Positions 61,016 to 64,000 of a DNA stretch of 64,000 bases are shown here, piece by piece; the first letter of the stretch is position 1; each line of letters begins with the position of its first letter. Below the pieces are notes generated by a model. The model saw nothing but the letters and a program-made list of their open reading frames with translations. It made no database searches and was not told the DNA's origin. A program made the position numbers and the translations under genes. Source of the DNA: Callorhinchus milii (taxonomy: Eukaryota); assembly GCF_018977255.1 (NCBI RefSeq), contig NW_024704743.1, positions 80,478,001-80,542,000 on the forward strand, written 5' to 3'.

Positions 61016-61560
61016 AACAGCAACAACAACAACACAATTATATTTGTATAGCGCCTTTCACATTTGGAGGATGACCCAAGGTGCTGGACAATTAGAGTTT
61101 CGGACCTGAGCTCGGGGAGGGTGAAGAGGTAGAATTCAAATCAGGCAAGGGCAGGTTCCGCAAAGATTGAGCTGAGAGGAGAGGCAATGTAAGAGGATAG
61201 AGTGGTCGATAGTGTCGAAGGTAGTAGAGAGGTTGAGGAGGACAAAGAGGTAGAGAGAGCCCTGCTCGTAGATGTTCAGAACATCGTTGGTGACTTTGGG
61301 CTGTTTCCGTGCTGCCGTGCTGTGGGCCGATTGGAGGGGTTCAGAGAGGGAGTGGGGGAAGAGGAAAGAGCGAAGCTGGCACCCGATGACTTGTTCCAGG
61401 GCCTTGGAGAGGAATGGTAGGTTGGAGATGGGGCAATAGCTGGAGAGTAGGAATGGATCCAAGGAAGGTTTTTTGAGGATGGGGGTGATGACAGCTGTTG
61501 TCAGGGGTGTGGGAAAAGTGCCAGTGAATAAGCAGAGGTTGATAATGTTAGTTAAAACTA
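61016..61560 (-). mobile_element. L2 copy with RT segment joined directly to the 3' tail
   Basis: Minus-strand [39 protein letters not shown], immediately followed by 3'UTR, stem-loop and (TTG)n. Confidence 0.88.
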
Positions 61561-61597
61561 GTAGGGGAAGGTGATACTGATAGTAAAACAAGCAGAA

Positions 61598-61845
61598 TCC
61601 TGTGTGCCCAATTAGCTGATCTCTTGTGGGGCAGTAATGGGGGGTGAGAGGCAACACAAATACCGTAAAATAAGTAGGGTTTAATCAGTCAAGGCTTCTG
61701 CAATGTCTGCTGATGGAAACAGCAAATGCGTTGAGTACACAATCAGGCAAAGATATGATCCCCTACCCCAATCCTAATCCCCATGGTCAACCAACCTGCC
61801 AACGTTCATGGTGAAGTCCAAAAGATGAAGAATGGCCACTTGCCA
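61598..61845 (+). mobile_element. AmnSINE2-like fragment
   Basis: TTAGCTGATCTC..GGGGCAGTA, AATCAGTCAAGG, CCATGGTCAA..CCTGCCAAC, ATGAAGAATGGCCACTTG. Confidence 0.55.
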
Positions 61846-63394
61846 TGGGTCGATACCTTCAGAGAAGGGAAGGGAGAAAAATGAGAAGAAATTTGGCAAA
61901 AAAAAGCTTTTCTAATGAGATATAAACTTTTGAAGATATTCTGCAATCTGCAGCTGAATAGTGGGGTGAATGCATTTGTGTACTTAGATGGAGCAAAGGG
62001 GAAACAATTTGAACTCCCAACCCCTCTAAAATTCTGAAATGTTGGTCTCAAGTCATATGATGTACCAAGATAGTTGGAAAGCAACCAAAACAAAGAGTAG
62101 GTAGACTATTAAATCAATAGATATGAAGCACAAATACAGCAGTTGTTTCAATGAGTGTTTAGGCAAGGAAGCATGATTAGGCAACCTAAAGCTTGTTTTT
62201 CAGGATGCTGAGATGTTGGGCAAACCTCATCTATTGGGAGGTTGTTACCCAACAGCCGCAGGAGGCGATTGCTCCAGCATTACATAAACGGTATTTCAGA
62301 GGATCAAAGACATCAACCTTGCACAACTTCTTTGTTGTAAGACATCAGCTCTCACCACAACATTGCACAGTGGCATTTAAAAATAAACGTACCAACAGAC
62401 TGTCGTGCCTTCTCCGACAGAAATTATTTTTAAACATATTCAGTTGCTAGAAACATCGGCATTCCAAGAAAGTCTGATAAAACATGAAGTATTTTGAAGA
62501 ACAACTGTGGGTGACAGTAGGCCACTTGGGGTGTTAATCACTCACGCTATGAATTCTCTTTTTTAAAACACCTTCTTAGTGCCTTCTTATCCAGAACCTC
62601 TGAGAACATAGTTTGAAAACCTTGTGTGGAATTCTATAGCAAATATTTTCTTTTTATTTCAATTTTCAAGCAAAATTAGGAGATGTGATTCACAAAGAGA
62701 TGTGAACCACAAAACTAGGGTTTTTTTTGCCCAGAAACAAAAGTTTCATAAGGACCCTGGAGCTTAACAATTTAGAAGTATAACAAGGATAAGGACTTGT
62801 TAAACTTTTTGTTTCTGGGTAAAACAAAATTGGTCAGACAAGTGTCTGAAACACACAGAAACCCATCAGCATGCTGATGAGTGTCCAAACCAGACTGAGA
62901 GTTCCACATACATATTCCATTTAAACATGGACATTTCTGAGTGTATCTGAAAGGGAATGGGCACTCTCACCTCTGGAGGGATGCATCCTGCTTACCTTAT
63001 TCCAAAGAGTATTAGCCACAGTCAGGGATCACAAAGTGTGAGTTTGGGGTACTAATGCGGTTCAGCCAGCTATTACCACAAAACATTGCCATTGAGAGTA
63101 ATGTTTGACAAGCTTCTCTACTAGTAACTCAACTAGGCCTATTCTACCAGTTAAAGTTTGGGCCTATTATTATTATTATTATTATAATATATACATGGAG
63201 CTCATTCAGATCCAAGGAGTCTCCACTTACCTTGCCTATGGAGAGTAGTCACTGTCCTTTCTTGTTAGCTTCTGAACAATTTTTAAACAGGTTATTTCCC
63301 TTCATAGTTTTTTGCCCATGTCATAGAGCAGTAAACTTCATGAGAAGTGAGACAATTCACAAATAATGTTCTTGACCCTCATGATGTTAAAGCT

Positions 63395-63545
63395 CCCGGC
63401 TGTTTGTGGGACACACTGTGTGCAATTGGCTGCTGCATTTTGCACACACAATATAGTCAATTCACTTTACAGTATATTCTGTGAAGCGCTTTGAGACATC
63501 TGGAAGATGTGATAAGGCGCTATATCAGATGCAAGGATTATTATT
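63395..63545 (+). mobile_element. Deu-SINE 3' part
   Basis: GGCTGTTTGTGGGACAC..CAATTGGCTGC, then tail. Confidence 0.88.
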
Positions 63546-63769
63546 TTTATAGTCCTGAAATTAATTAATCAGGGCTGTTGCGGTCCTTGTGGTTGCCAAC
63601 GGCTACTACATTTTCCCACAAAAAAAGAACCTTCACTATAACCTTTCACGATAAAACAGTTCAAACCATTTTACAGTATTAACAGTCGAATGCAGAGATT
63701 GCTTTTGTAGAAAAGCTAAGCAGCTATTTTAAATAGAATTACATAGATTTATACTCCAAATGAGCCTCT

Positions 63770-63930
63770 ACAGCAATGATCAATTTATATGGAGGACTGT
63801 TGGCCCAGACATCAGGAGAAACTCCCTTCTCTTTTCAAATCGTGTCATGCATTAACTGCCAATTGAATAAGGGGAACTTGATATAATGTCTCATTTAAAA
63901 TATAGCATCTCTGGAAATGCAGCACTACCC
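63770..63930 (-). mobile_element. SacSINE1-like SINE fragment
   Basis: Reverse complement of TAGTGCTGCATT..TGAGACATT..TTTGAAAAGAGAAGGGAGTTTCTCCTGATGTCTGGGCCAACA. Confidence 0.75.
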
Positions 63931-64000
63931 CACCCCCCACAACAATTCATTGTGATAAAGTGTGCTAAAAATACATTATTTCTATTCAGCCTTCCTCTTC

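Noticed and set aside
63226..63290. 41-nt minus-strand exon with a strong GTAAGT donor
   Set aside because: Stops occur in all three frames; at most a noncoding exon, with no supporting evidence.

Overview
This is vertebrate, repeat-rich, apparently intronic or intergenic DNA. The SINE and LINE families suggest a cartilaginous fish, possibly a chimaera (inference from recalled consensus sequences). I found no recognisable host protein-coding exon, rRNA, CRISPR array or prokaryotic feature. The centrepiece is a young, apparently full-length L2 (LINE2) retrotransposon at 29939-33953 with a probable GTAAT target-site duplication and one endonuclease-RT reading frame broken by a single frameshift. 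Its 5' leader is unusually structured: four near-identical 88-bp CpG-rich monomers, each with a TATA-like box about 32 nt upstream of the Inr-like start of the next monomer; a GC-box/CRE block; a putative 77-nt sense-strand GT-AG intron enclosing a poly(A) tract; and a uORF cassette. The rest of the window holds a second young 5'-truncated L2 copy, many older L2 and CR1 fragments, two families of Deu-domain tRNA-derived SINEs with L2-type tails, AmnSINE2-like relics, a Tc1/mariner deletion derivative, a Penelope GIY-YIG remnant, a palindromic MITE family and several unexplained hairpins. Boundaries of old repeats were read by eye and are approximate. Family names come from memory, not from a database search.
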